The notes beneath the pieces were generated by a model. That model did no database searches. It was not told the DNA's origin and saw nothing but the letters and a program-made list of their open reading frames with translations. From Candidatus Altimarinota bacterium (GTDB lineage: Bacteria > Patescibacteriota > Gracilibacteria > UBA1369), in the NCBI GenBank assembly GCA_963677745.1, contig OY782391.1, forward strand, positions 896,001 to 960,000: a DNA stretch of 64,000 nt, in the 5' to 3' direction. Positions 1 to 9,478 of this stretch are shown piece by piece. The position numbers and the translations under genes are program-made. Each line of letters starts with the position of its first letter. Within the stretch, counting starts at the first letter, position 1.

Positions 1-1536
1 CGGAACCGGACTGCCCTTTTCGTCCTTCTGGGAAGGCTCTATCCGCACCTTGCCGCGGAAGCTGCGCAGATCCAGGGGGTTGCTGTAGCCGAAAACCGGA
101 TATATAGAATTTGGATCGTCATTGTTTTTACTGTCTGATGAAAGCAGTTTCAATTCACCCAGAGTTCTCATTTCATAATTGACATCATTACCGGTGGTAA
201 GCGGTCCCTCCGCGCCTTTCAGACCTTTTCTGATTTGCAATGCATAATTGGTGTCCGCTTTCATTTTTTGGGAAGGTGAAATAACCAGCATTTTTTGCAG
301 CTCATCTTCCTTGAGAACTTCAACCTTGTCACCTTCTCCCGAAGAAGCAGTGGTGGGGGCTTCCTTGATCTCTTCATATTGACTCATTTCCGTGATTTCA
401 ATCAGCCGCTTTTGCTGCTCTTTCCAGTCATCGGCTGTAAAATATCTCACGGATATGCCTTCCTCATTGGTTTTATTGTCTTCAACCCTGTTCAGCTTAA
501 TCAGTTCTTTGGCGCTGCCCAGATCCACCTTCTGGTTAAAACTAATCACAAACCGGCTGCCGGTGGAGACCTGATAGGAATTTTGCGTATCAGTAGTGTG
601 CCAGTTCTGCGCTTCGGGCCGGAGTGTCTCAAAGCTGGAAGTAAACTCGCCTTCCGTATAACCGCCGTCCAGCACCTGTGTGCCCTGCGGGATAGTCACC
701 TTATAAGCGGTGGACAGGGCCAGTTTGTCGGGAATGAACTGAATGGCCGAGGTGCCCAGCCACTTGAAGCGGCCCTGAACATAAGGTTCAATCTTGATAT
801 TGGGGAAATTCTCCCGGCCCGCATCCAGTGTGGTCAGTCCGGTCAGGGGACGGTCAAACATGATATTGATCTTACTGTCTGCCGTTATCGCCTTGGAACC
901 GTCATTGGGAGTCATCAGCACCACCTTGGGCGGGGCGACGATTTTATAGAATTCACTGTAATCGCCGGCCAGCGGTTTCTGGAGGAAACTGACAGCTTCC
1001 TTGCCGACGGTGATCTTGTAGGTATCGCCGATTTTCAATTGCTCGGCCGGCTTGAAGATCAGGCTGTTGCCCTGCCAGCTGAAAGTACCTTTGGTTTCCG
1101 GTTCAATGCGGAAAGCTTTTTCCACCGACGCGTTGTTCATCAATTGGTTGAAAGTGATTTTCAGCGGGGCATTGACCGAAATATTACGGGTACCGCCTTT
1201 CATCAGATAACCCTGAACGGTAGGGGCGGGAATCATTGGATAAGAAATTATTCCGGCCAGTACCACCACCACCAGTGTGCCCAGTGCCATTGCCCAGCCT
1301 CTGACCCTGAAATCGGACCACAGACTGAAACGTTTCTCTGTCTTTTCCTTTTTTGATGTATTCATAGTGTGGTGTTTTTCAAGTAATTGATTTTTTAAAT
1401 TTTGTGAAAACTGCCGGTCGGCCGGTTGCGGTCCGTTCGATTTAATGGCATCGGTTAGCTCGGACCATTGTGGGTCCTTCCCGCTGTTCTCCAGCCTTTT
1501 TTCCAGCTCCCTGATTTTTTTATTGGGTCGCAGCAT
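1..1536 (-). CDS. Membrane-anchored Ig-like repeat protein, probably the N-terminal part of a bacterial alpha-2-macroglobulin (runs off the window)
   Basis: Absent from the ORF track (no stop in window). Hand translation from ATG 1536: MLRPNKKIRELEKRL...PQPADRQFSQNLKNQLL...WAMALGTLVVVVLAGIISYPM (TM), then Big_5-like repeats (ITFNQLM..SVEKAF.IEP..KGTFSW; FDRPL; GRFKWLGTSAIQFIP). pbpC, the usual A2M partner, is nearby. Confidence 0.7.
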   Translation of the reverse strand, partial: MLRPNKKIRELEKRLENSGKDPQWSELTDAIKSNGPQPADRQFSQNLKNQLLEKHHTMNTSKKEKTEKRFSLWSDFRVRGWAMALGTLVVVVLAGIISYPMIPAPTVQGYLMKGGTRNISVNAPLKITFNQLMNNASVEKAFRIEPETKGTFSWQGNSLIFKPAEQLKIGDTYKITVGKEAVSFLQKPLAGDYSEFYKIVAPPKVVLMTPNDGSKAITADSKINIMFDRPLTGLTTLDAGRENFPNIKIEPYVQGRFKWLGTSAIQFIPDKLALSTAYKVTIPQGTQVLDGGYTEGEFTSSFETLRPEAQNWHTTDTQNSYQVSTGSRFVISFNQKVDLGSAKELIKLNRVEDNKTNEEGISVRYFTADDWKEQQKRLIEITEMSQYEEIKEAPTTASSGEGDKVEVLKEDELQKMLVISPSQKMKADTNYALQIRKGLKGAEGPLTTGNDVNYEMRTLGELKLLSSDSKNNDDPNSIYPVFGYSNPLDLRSFRGKVRIEPSQKDEKGSPVP

Positions 1537-1539
1537 CGG

Positions 1540-2133
1540 CTAAAATAGGTTATTTAAATCGGGTTTTATTTTGCGCAGGACGCGGTAGAGAATGATGCCT
1601 ACATTGCTTTCGGAGAGGTTTAGTGTCAGGGCAATTTCCCTGTTGGTCAGTCCGCTGAAGAATTTCATCTGCAGAATGGAAAGTTCCCGTTCGGGCAATT
1701 TATGCATTACCTCACGCACTTTTTCCTTAAGTTCACTTTCCTTGGCCTGGACGGCCGGCTGAAAATCCTTTTTTTCGTCTTTTATTTCCATTCCCTCTTC
1801 CAGCGGCAGATTTTCCGTCCGATGGTTTTTGGCATAGAAGTCGAAAACCACATTGCGGGTAACCGTGAACAGCCAGGCTGCAAACGGCAGCCCCCGGTCA
1901 TGGTAGCCGGGCAGGTTTTCCAGGATTTTCATAAACACGTCGCTGACAATGTCCTCCGCAGCCGATTGATTGCCGACTTTGGACATGACAAAGGCGTAAA
2001 CCCGGGGAAAATAAAAGTCATACAGTTGGGCGAAGGCTTCACTGTCGGTCTTGGCGCGTTCCACTATTTGCGGATCAAAATCTTTTTTTTGTTCCAAGGA
2101 CTGTATCACAAATTCCCTAAATTTATAAGCCAT
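1540..2133 (-). CDS. ECF-family RNA polymerase sigma-70 factor
   Basis: Region 2 (AEDIVSDVFMKI, FAAWLFTVTRN) and region 4 (LPERE...GLTNREIA..LNLSESNV..ILYR). Confidence 0.93.
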   Translation of the reverse strand: MAYKFREFVIQSLEQKKDFDPQIVERAKTDSEAFAQLYDFYFPRVYAFVMSKVGNQSAAEDIVSDVFMKILENLPGYHDRGLPFAAWLFTVTRNVVFDFYAKNHRTENLPLEEGMEIKDEKKDFQPAVQAKESELKEKVREVMHKLPERELSILQMKFFSGLTNREIALTLNLSESNVGIILYRVLRKIKPDLNNLF

Positions 2134-2220
2134 TTATCAGCCAAAGACAAGTGGTTGCATCGGCTGCCGGCTAATAATCAAAACAGTCCCCCAAAAAAAG
2201 TATTACATATTTTCCCGGAT

Positions 2221-3156
2221 CTATTTCCAGAATCCTTTTCCTTTGTTTAAATCCAGCCCTGATTCCTGGGCCAGCTCCTGGTAAAGAGTTTTTTCTTTTT
2301 TGGAAAGTTTGTTCGGCACCACCACGTTGATTTTTACATAATGATCGCCTTTTTCATCGCTGTGTAGTTTTTGGACGCCGTAACCTTTCAGTTTGAAAAC
2401 TTTACCGGGTTGTGAACCGGCTGGAATCTTCAGCGTTACTTCACCCTGTAGTGTTTTTATTTTTATCTCGCCCCCCAATACCGCCATCAGCAGGCTGATT
2501 TCGGAGCTGCTATGAATATCAAAACCATTTCTGATAAATTCACGGTGCGGTGCCACGCGAATATGTACGTACAGGTCTCCGGCCGGTCCTCCGTTGCTGC
2601 CCGGGTCGCCTTTGCCGGACAATCTGACCACCGAATCGTTATCTACGCCCGCCGGTATCTTTACTTTAAGTGTTTCGGTGGTTTTCTCACCGCTTTTCTT
2701 GGGTCTGGTGATCACCAGTTCTTTATCGCAGCCGAAAACCGCTTCCTCAAATTCCACCCGCAACTCAAACTCCAGATTGCGGCCTTTGCGGGGGCCGTTG
2801 CTTCGCCCTCCGAAACCGGTGAAAAAGGCCTCAAAAATATCAGCAAAGCCCTGTCCGTCAAAATTGGTCTGATAACCGCTGAAGTCAAAACCTCCAAATC
2901 CTCCTCCGGCTCCACCACCGCCGCCTCCGCCAAAATTGCCGGCTGACTCGCCGAACTGATCATACATGGCCTTCTTCTGGGGATCACTAAGGGTCTGGTA
3001 AGCGTTGTTTATTTCCTTGAATTTTTCCTCGGCCGTTTTATCGCCTTTGTGTTTGTCGGGATGCCATTCCATGGCCAGTTTTCTGTAGGCCCGCTTGACG
3101 TCCGTTTCATTGGCATCTTTCTTGATGCCCAAAATTTCATAATAATCTTTTGCCAT
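2221..3156 (-). CDS. dnaJ: DnaJ-class chaperone without zinc finger (class II/CbpA-like)
   Basis: J domain KDYYEILG...HPD, G/F-rich linker and C-terminal domains; no CxxCxGxG repeats. Confidence 0.92.
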   Translation of the reverse strand: MAKDYYEILGIKKDANETDVKRAYRKLAMEWHPDKHKGDKTAEEKFKEINNAYQTLSDPQKKAMYDQFGESAGNFGGGGGGGAGGGFGGFDFSGYQTNFDGQGFADIFEAFFTGFGGRSNGPRKGRNLEFELRVEFEEAVFGCDKELVITRPKKSGEKTTETLKVKIPAGVDNDSVVRLSGKGDPGSNGGPAGDLYVHIRVAPHREFIRNGFDIHSSSEISLLMAVLGGEIKIKTLQGEVTLKIPAGSQPGKVFKLKGYGVQKLHSDEKGDHYVKINVVVPNKLSKKEKTLYQELAQESGLDLNKGKGFWK

Positions 3157-3190
3157 ACCAAAATAAAAAAAGTTGGCCTCACCATTAATT

Positions 3191-3217
3191 CTAGCACTGA
3201 CTTTAGCAGATTGCTAA
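3191..3217 (-). promoter_or_regulatory. CIRCE element (HrcA operator) upstream of dnaJ
   Basis: Minus strand TTAGCAATC-N9-CAGTGCTAG vs consensus TTAGCACTC-N9-GAGTGCTAA (3 mismatches), 35 nt upstream of the dnaJ start and overlapping a TGn-TAGAAT -10. Confidence 0.8.
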
Positions 3218-3327
3218 TTCAAGCTCAAGGCAATGTCAGGCAAAAAATTTTCTTGAAATAAATTCGTTTCTATAGCAATATCAGCGGGCAGGCCAAAGAT
3301 AGTTCCCGGCGTATGGTCTGCAATCGG

Positions 3328-3403
3328 GCAACCTTAGCTCAGTTGGTAGAGCGTCTCGTTGACGTCGAGAAGGTCAGAGGTTCGAATCCTCTAGGTTGCA
3401 CCA
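3328..3403 (+). tRNA. tRNA-Val(GAC)
   Basis: Acceptor GCAACCT/AGGTTGC, anticodon loop TTGACGT, T-loop TTCGAAT, CCA end. Confidence 0.96.
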
Positions 3404-3414
3404 TTTAAATATGC

Positions 3415-3489
3415 GGTCCCATCGTCTAGCGGTTAGGACGTCGCCTTCTCAAGGCGAAAACCGGGGTTCGATTCCCCGTAGGACTACCA
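3415..3489 (+). tRNA. tRNA-Glu(CTC)
   Basis: Anticodon arm TCGCC-TTCTCAA-GGCGA, T-arm CGGGG-TTCGATT-CCCCG, CCA end. Confidence 0.94.
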
Positions 3490-3503
3490 AAATAAAACCT
3501 TCA

Positions 3504-3523
3504 CGGCCTCCAGGCCGCTTTTT
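3504..3523 (+). terminator. Intrinsic terminator after the tRNA pair
   Basis: CGGCC-TCCA-GGCCG followed by CTTTTT. Confidence 0.6.
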
Positions 3524-3539
3524 ATCGTTCCAACCAGAG

Positions 3540-3567
3540 TTGACAAAAGGGAAAAAGTTAGTATAAT
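3540..3567 (+). promoter_or_regulatory. Consensus sigma70 promoter
   Basis: TTGACA-N16-TATAAT; implies the downstream gene starts at ATG 3590 rather than 3569. Confidence 0.75.
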
Positions 3568-3589
3568 AATGCAAATTATTAATTTCAAC

Positions 3590-5578
3590 ATGTCTACAAA
3601 CAAGTCTTTTCCTCACAGCTCCGGCAACAACCCTGCTCTCACGGTAGGTAGTTCCGCTCTGGAATCACAAGGGCTGGATCAGCAGTCACTGCAACTTCTT
3701 CCCGCCTCTGCCCATCCGGTTTTGTCTGCCCGTGAGTTATTGGCCCAGGCTGTAAAAAACCTGGCTGAGAATGAGCAGAAACGGTCTGAAATGAATCGGC
3801 AGCAAGAGGCCCGGATGCGGCAGCAGCTGGAGGAAAGTCAAAAAGAAGCCCGTCGGCAATATGAACTGCAATTAGCCGCATATAATAATGCCAAAGCACA
3901 GGCTGTGGAACATCGTCAGAAATATAAAGAAACATGCGTTAAAGAAATTGCCAGAAGCTGTGAAAATCCGGTATTTTTTCAGGAACATGCCGTCAAATAT
4001 CTGGTTGAACACAAACAGGAAATCCTCGACCATTTGCGTCAAGATCTGATTGGCGGCGGAAGGGGTGTAATCGATTCGGATCACTTGACTGCCCATATTT
4101 TCAATAAATATATTTTTCCGGCAATTGCTTCTCAGGTTCAATTTCCAGATGCCAAGAGTTTCTCTGCTGACCATCTTTTAGCTGATGTTACCACCGTGGG
4201 GATATTTTTACGGCATGCCTTGACTGACTTTTTTGATGATCTGAAAAGAGGTGCGGGCACTCACAATCTTTCCGGCTATTTGCGTGAGCTCCAATTATCT
4301 GAAGCCACAGACCTGCAAGACCTTGGCAAACGGCTGCAGTCCTTTGCCAAAGAGCGTGGATGGGATAGCAGGAGTTTTAGTGATAATCGCCGTTCTGTCA
4401 CCGGTGGAAAAATTTTACAGGAATGTTCCAGGACTGAGATCCTGTCCAATCTTGGTTACTATATTTATGAAGGGACCAGCAGTTTTAACGTAACCAACCA
4501 GAATATTGACCTTAAAAACCCGGACAGTCTGGAAAATTATTATCAAAAACTTTTACAGTCAATGGTCCCCGTAACTCCGGCCATCGTCCCTCAGGCCCCG
4601 CCTCCTAAACCTGAGCAGGACATTGTACAGGGATCTCCAAAACCGCAAGTACCCAAAGAACAGGAAACTCTTCTGGATGCCAAAGATATCCTTCCCAACC
4701 TGGAAGGACTGCACAACTTAAAAAGGGAGATGGAGATTCATTTGATCCGGGTTAGCTTGCACGATCAGGCTGATGGAGCCTCTACCCCCGAAGCAATGAG
4801 TCAGGTGGACCGGGACTTCCTTTCCCAATTCAATGAGAGAGCCAATCCGGGAAATATCATCGAAGAATACAAAAACCTGCCGCCGCTCTTTGTCTTGATT
4901 TTAGCTTTGATGTATTACCGAGCCTATCTGTGGATTTATGGTAAAAGTTGGAAAGGTCAGTGTGCTGAAAAGGATCGAAGTCGTGTCAGCCGCCAAATCA
5001 GCCGCAGCCAGTGGCTGAAAAAAGAGCACACTACCACCGAAGGCGTGGCCGACCTCTACAATTTTATCAACTACGTCTACCGGATTTATGACCAGGGGAT
5101 GTCCTATATCAGGCATGGTTCGGACAGGCAGAAGCGCCTGGGGCGGGTACTGCTGGAAGTAGCCCGCATCAATGCCGACATGATCAAAGAAGTTACCGCC
5201 AACCTGGAAATCAAGATCAGACATGGCGATACCGAAGAATTTGCCAAAAGATTGCGTCTCTCCACCGCTAACGTCGCATCTCTTATCTCCGGCAGTCCGG
5301 AAGAGGTGATGGCCCTGATGGAAGCCGCCCAGGAAGGATTGCAAATTGGCAAGGAAATCAGTGAGGTGGCCGGTTCAAGCCGGGACCAGCTGGCCGGATT
5401 TGACCGGAGACTGGCTGAAAGTACCGCTGCCTTAACAATCACAGCAAAACCCGTTGGTAATGTTCGCGTTCAGAGCGCCGGAGATTCTCCAAGTGAGGAA
5501 GACACACAAGCTGAGGCAGAAGCCGAAGCAATGGCACAGGAAGAAGCTGCTGCCGCAGCCAGTCGTAATCTGATGTAA
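3590..5578 (+). CDS. Hypothetical helical/coiled-coil protein
   Basis: Long ORF with N-terminal coiled coil, Pro-rich central linker and acidic Ala-rich tail; no recognised family. Confidence 0.8.
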   Translation: MSTNKSFPHSSGNNPALTVGSSALESQGLDQQSLQLLPASAHPVLSARELLAQAVKNLAENEQKRSEMNRQQEARMRQQLEESQKEARRQYELQLAAYNNAKAQAVEHRQKYKETCVKEIARSCENPVFFQEHAVKYLVEHKQEILDHLRQDLIGGGRGVIDSDHLTAHIFNKYIFPAIASQVQFPDAKSFSADHLLADVTTVGIFLRHALTDFFDDLKRGAGTHNLSGYLRELQLSEATDLQDLGKRLQSFAKERGWDSRSFSDNRRSVTGGKILQECSRTEILSNLGYYIYEGTSSFNVTNQNIDLKNPDSLENYYQKLLQSMVPVTPAIVPQAPPPKPEQDIVQGSPKPQVPKEQETLLDAKDILPNLEGLHNLKREMEIHLIRVSLHDQADGASTPEAMSQVDRDFLSQFNERANPGNIIEEYKNLPPLFVLILALMYYRAYLWIYGKSWKGQCAEKDRSRVSRQISRSQWLKKEHTTTEGVADLYNFINYVYRIYDQGMSYIRHGSDRQKRLGRVLLEVARINADMIKEVTANLEIKIRHGDTEEFAKRLRLSTANVASLISGSPEEVMALMEAAQEGLQIGKEISEVAGSSRDQLAGFDRRLAESTAALTITAKPVGNVRVQSAGDSPSEEDTQAEAEAEAMAQEEAAAAASRNLM

Positions 5579-5631
5579 TCAATGCACCGACCCGGCGCAG
5601 CCGGGGCGGTGGGGGTTGGGACACAAGCGAA

Positions 5632-5666
5632 CTTCGCAAACGTAAGATTTTCTTACGTTTGCGAAG
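5632..5666. repeat. Perfect 16-bp inverted repeat, member of a dispersed palindrome family
   Basis: CTTCGCAAACGTAAGA-TTT-TCTTACGTTTGCGAAG; related copies at ~37462, ~37519 and ~11792. Confidence 0.85.
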
Positions 5667-5919
5667 ATTAACATAGAACAAAATATCCCTTGGTGATCCT
5701 GTTGTAATTGCATTATTGGTTACGGCATCACAGTTGACCAGCCCCGTCACTTGATCATGGCAAAAAAAGTGCTATAAACATACTTTGTAACTTCGGATTC
5801 GGCCCTCCGGATAAATCCCGGAAAAAACCGCAAAAAGAAAATCAAAACCAGCAAAGTTGTTCCTGTCCACAACCTTCTGATTACGCCGATTGTAGACAAA
5901 AAGAACTTTACTAAACATC

Positions 5920-7011
5920 ATGAAAGCGTCTAATACGAGCACACCATTCAGGGAAGAAGTTGATTTCACAATGCAGATAGAGCCACGCCACAACCCTATG
6001 GAATGGGCAGACTTCCATAATAATTACCCCCCTTGTTCAGTCGCCATCGACGGCTATGTGAAAGGCGGTGTCCACAAAGACCTGGCCAAACCCATCGCCT
6101 CCTATGACCATCACCTGGATCCGGAAGAGCAGGATAAAAAAATGGTGGACCGGTCATCGATGAGGGCGACCATGGGCCAGATTATGATGGCTGTCCGCGG
6201 GGGATTTTATTCGGTTTTCCGCAATGAATACGGACCCAAGGTCAATGCCTTTTTCAAGGGCTGCGATGAAGATGATTGTTTCAGCAAACTGCTGCTGGCA
6301 GAACCGCAATTGATTTTTAGTGATGTGCGCGGCCGTCTGGAGCGCCTGGTGGGATTGGCCGAAAAAATGGACACCACCGCCGGAACTTATCAGACCTATC
6401 CGGATTCAAAACTTTACGAAGCTCTGGTTTGGGTCACCGATCCCTACCGGGAATTCCGGCAAAGCGGCCAGCTGGACCATCATATTGCCAAAGAATACGC
6501 CGACATCATGGACCAGGTGGGGACACGCATTAAACGCTTTATTAACGGAACCCACCGCCATCTCAAACCGGACACCAGCTATCTGGAACTGGGCGGCGGA
6601 CCCGGCTGGATTATGATCGAGGAAACCGGCAAACAGGGCCGCATGGGCGCCATTAACGACGGCTACCAGGCCATTGTCTCGGTCCGCCGCCTGCCCAACG
6701 GCAAGTACGCTTATGTTTTTACCAGACTCTCCGATTATATTACCTATTTTGATCTGCCCTTTTTTATCAGGACTCTCAACACTTTCGAATTGATGAACGG
6801 GAATTCGACACATCAATGGGGAGGCAGCGGGGATTTGGTTATGGGCAGTCCCTGGGGAGTCGGTACGGATTTGGACCCCGTAGCCATGGAAGCTCTCATT
6901 AACAAGATGATGACCCATGCAGTTCCAGCATCCCTGATTGAAAATCTGCCCCGCAACGGAAACGACAATGGTAACGATCATCACCATAAACGTTTGCAGA
7001 TTTGCCACTGA
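5920..7011 (+). CDS. Hypothetical protein, possible divergent DHH-family phosphoesterase
   Basis: AIDG, SYDHH and DEDD motifs plus C-terminal WGGSG..GSP resembling DHHA1. Confidence 0.55.
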   Translation: MKASNTSTPFREEVDFTMQIEPRHNPMEWADFHNNYPPCSVAIDGYVKGGVHKDLAKPIASYDHHLDPEEQDKKMVDRSSMRATMGQIMMAVRGGFYSVFRNEYGPKVNAFFKGCDEDDCFSKLLLAEPQLIFSDVRGRLERLVGLAEKMDTTAGTYQTYPDSKLYEALVWVTDPYREFRQSGQLDHHIAKEYADIMDQVGTRIKRFINGTHRHLKPDTSYLELGGGPGWIMIEETGKQGRMGAINDGYQAIVSVRRLPNGKYAYVFTRLSDYITYFDLPFFIRTLNTFELMNGNSTHQWGGSGDLVMGSPWGVGTDLDPVAMEALINKMMTHAVPASLIENLPRNGNDNGNDHHHKRLQICH

Positions 7012-7050
7012 TGCGTATAATTACAACCGAAAACAAATAAAAAGAAGGTC

Positions 7051-7626
7051 ATGGACCTAAAACTTTCCTGGGATCTGTTCATCATTGTATTCTTTGCCAT
7101 TGTGACGGCATACAGCTTTATTATTGGCCGCAGGGAGACCCTCAAAATCATCATCGGTACCTATGTGGCCATCATCAGCGCCGACGGCCTGGGCAATCTG
7201 TTTGGCAAATATGTCGGCGGAACTTCTTTCTTTACCAAGCTGATGAAATTTCTGGGATTCGGCGGCGATATCGTCCAATTTTCTTCGATAATAAAAATTC
7301 TGCTGTTTATCTCCGTGATCGTCCTGCTGACTATTTTCGGTGATTATCATGTGGATGAACAACAGGACAGGAACGCTTTCTTTTCCTTGATCATTATTAC
7401 CGCTCTGTCACTGCTCAGCGGGGGACTGATACTCAGCACCATCATTGTTTTCGCCAATGGCGGCAGCCTGATTGACGGTACCGGATCAATCTCCGAGTCT
7501 TTCCGCATGGTTTATGACGAGTCGCGTTTCGTGCGGGGACTGCTGGACTGGCACGATATCTGGTTCGCCCTGCCGGGACTGGCTTTTGTACTGATCAGTA
7601 TTTTTCAGCGGAAACAGCAGCAATAA
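7051..7626 (+). CDS. Multi-pass membrane protein (CvpA-like N-terminus)
   Basis: About 5 hydrophobic segments; WDLFIIVFF..AYSFIIGR pattern. Confidence 0.75.
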   Translation: MDLKLSWDLFIIVFFAIVTAYSFIIGRRETLKIIIGTYVAIISADGLGNLFGKYVGGTSFFTKLMKFLGFGGDIVQFSSIIKILLFISVIVLLTIFGDYHVDEQQDRNAFFSLIIITALSLLSGGLILSTIIVFANGGSLIDGTGSISESFRMVYDESRFVRGLLDWHDIWFALPGLAFVLISIFQRKQQQ

Positions 7627-7716
7627 CCGTCACCGTAAAATTTTCTTGATTTACGGGGCTTTCTCGAATAATATTGCCCCGCGCCGCAGATCAGGCGTAC
7701 ACCAACACATCAATAC

Positions 7717-7792
7717 GGGTCATTAGCTCAGTTGGTAGAGCGGCTCCCTTTTAAGGAGAAGGTCGCCGGTTCGAGACCGGCATGACCCACCA
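7717..7792 (+). tRNA. tRNA-Lys(TTT)
   Basis: Acceptor GGGTCAT/ATGACCC, anticodon loop CTTTTAA, T-arm GCCGG-TTCGAGA-CCGGC, CCA end. Confidence 0.95.
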
Positions 7793-7847
7793 TTGAATTC
7801 CAGTCAGGCTTCAAAAGTGTTATAATACAAAGATATTAAGTTTGATT

Positions 7848-9293
7848 ATGCTTTTTGGATTGTTGGGCAAAAAATCGGGAGAAAGTGAAAGACCGGCGAA
7901 ACACCGGGAGTCTGCTCGGAACAGACCTGATGCCGCCCCCATCGTGAACACTTCCCCGGCAGACAAATCTGCCGAAGCCGAACAGATAGATGAAAAGCGG
8001 CGCCAGTTAACGCAGGGTATTTTGGCTTTGATCGGTGCCGCGACTTTGGGAAAAGTTTTACCGGGCTGCACCACCTATGAGGATTACACCAAGAGATTTA
8101 AAAACAATTTTGATTACTGTCCGGACAAACAGTTTACCGAGGAAGATCTGGAAACGGCCAACAGCCGCAACAAAGTAAAAATGAATGCGGAGGATTGCCG
8201 TTGGATTTTCCAGAAGGCGATGGACGAACAATTGTCGGACCGGATCGACCTGGACGACATTTTTTACCTGCACGACTCAGAGGGGCTGGTTACTGCCACC
8301 AATAAAATTTTAAGTCCGGAAAGCCAGCAGGCCCTGATGAAGAAATACCCCTTTATCCAGTCGATCAAAGAGGTGGAAAGCCTTACTTATATCTTTAATT
8401 ATGAGTTCACCACCGATCATGGTTACCTCTATTTTTCGGTTAATAAAAGCAGGGTGGTGGTGAATGACTTTGGTCTGGGCTGCAGCATCGGCATGCTCTA
8501 TAACACCAGTGATCCCTATGTACAGACCAGCCCTGAATACCGGGATTATCAGCGCAGGGTAACCGTCTCCGGCCAGAATAAACAGGGGGGTAAATATCTG
8601 CGGGAACTTACCTGCGAAACCGGACATGGCGTCCTGGAACACCAGGGGTTGAGGGTGCAGGCCTTCTCCAGCGACCAGTTTCCCAGAGAACATATTTATG
8701 AAACGGAAACTTTTACCGAATTTCTCAGAAATACTCAAAGCACGCCGGTGGTGGACTCATTTCTTAAAAATGTAAAGGAACAGAATGAGCTGCTCCAGGA
8801 AGAAAAAAATGGGGTACCTCCAGCTCCTTCCGAATCAGCGTTCAGTTTGACCAATATCGAAAAGATTGATCAGTTGATTGAAATTTTCAGGTTATTGCCG
8901 GCTGATCCAAAAATGTACGGTTTGCTGCTCAGATCCTGTCTGCAGTACAAGCTATATGACAGGACTGTCAAAGATGAATTCAGAAATCCCGTCACCACTT
9001 TGCGCTCGGGATGGGCCGATTGCGATGATTTCGCCGTGATAAATTATTTCTGGGCTTTTCTGCACCGCTTCAATCCCAATATGACGGTAATCACAAATAA
9101 TCGAAATAACAGCCATCATGTTTTTATCTGGTACAGGGATGATCAAGACCGTTTTGTTGTTATGGACAACAATGACACACTGGAACTGGATTCAAGCTAT
9201 GACGTCGAAAAATATCTGCAGGACTTTAGCAGCAACTATCAAGGTGCAAAGAAAGGAGACAGTTACACCATCAATTATAATGATCCTGTGTAA
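7848..9293 (+). CDS. Putative lipoprotein with C-terminal transglutaminase-like cysteine protease domain
   Basis: KRRQL + hydrophobic segment + LPGC lipobox; GWADCDDFA...HHVF...VMDN gives a Cys-His-Asp triad. Confidence 0.7.
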   Translation: MLFGLLGKKSGESERPAKHRESARNRPDAAPIVNTSPADKSAEAEQIDEKRRQLTQGILALIGAATLGKVLPGCTTYEDYTKRFKNNFDYCPDKQFTEEDLETANSRNKVKMNAEDCRWIFQKAMDEQLSDRIDLDDIFYLHDSEGLVTATNKILSPESQQALMKKYPFIQSIKEVESLTYIFNYEFTTDHGYLYFSVNKSRVVVNDFGLGCSIGMLYNTSDPYVQTSPEYRDYQRRVTVSGQNKQGGKYLRELTCETGHGVLEHQGLRVQAFSSDQFPREHIYETETFTEFLRNTQSTPVVDSFLKNVKEQNELLQEEKNGVPPAPSESAFSLTNIEKIDQLIEIFRLLPADPKMYGLLLRSCLQYKLYDRTVKDEFRNPVTTLRSGWADCDDFAVINYFWAFLHRFNPNMTVITNNRNNSHHVFIWYRDDQDRFVVMDNNDTLELDSSYDVEKYLQDFSSNYQGAKKGDSYTINYNDPV

Positions 9294-9478
9294 AGGCCGC
9301 TGCATGCTGTTGTGTTCACGAAAACTGCGATAAAAAAATTACCAAGCTCTCACCAAATTCTCTCACATCGTCAAGAGGCTTTTTCGCCCATCACTTGATT
9401 ATACGGAATGATTAACTAATATAGAAACGCAGCTTGCCGCTGATAAAATTTAATTAGTCATTTTAACTAGTCAAAACC

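Noticed and set aside
295-1356. 353-aa plus-strand ORF
   Set aside because: Antisense shadow of the real minus-strand Ig-repeat gene; no protein-like features.
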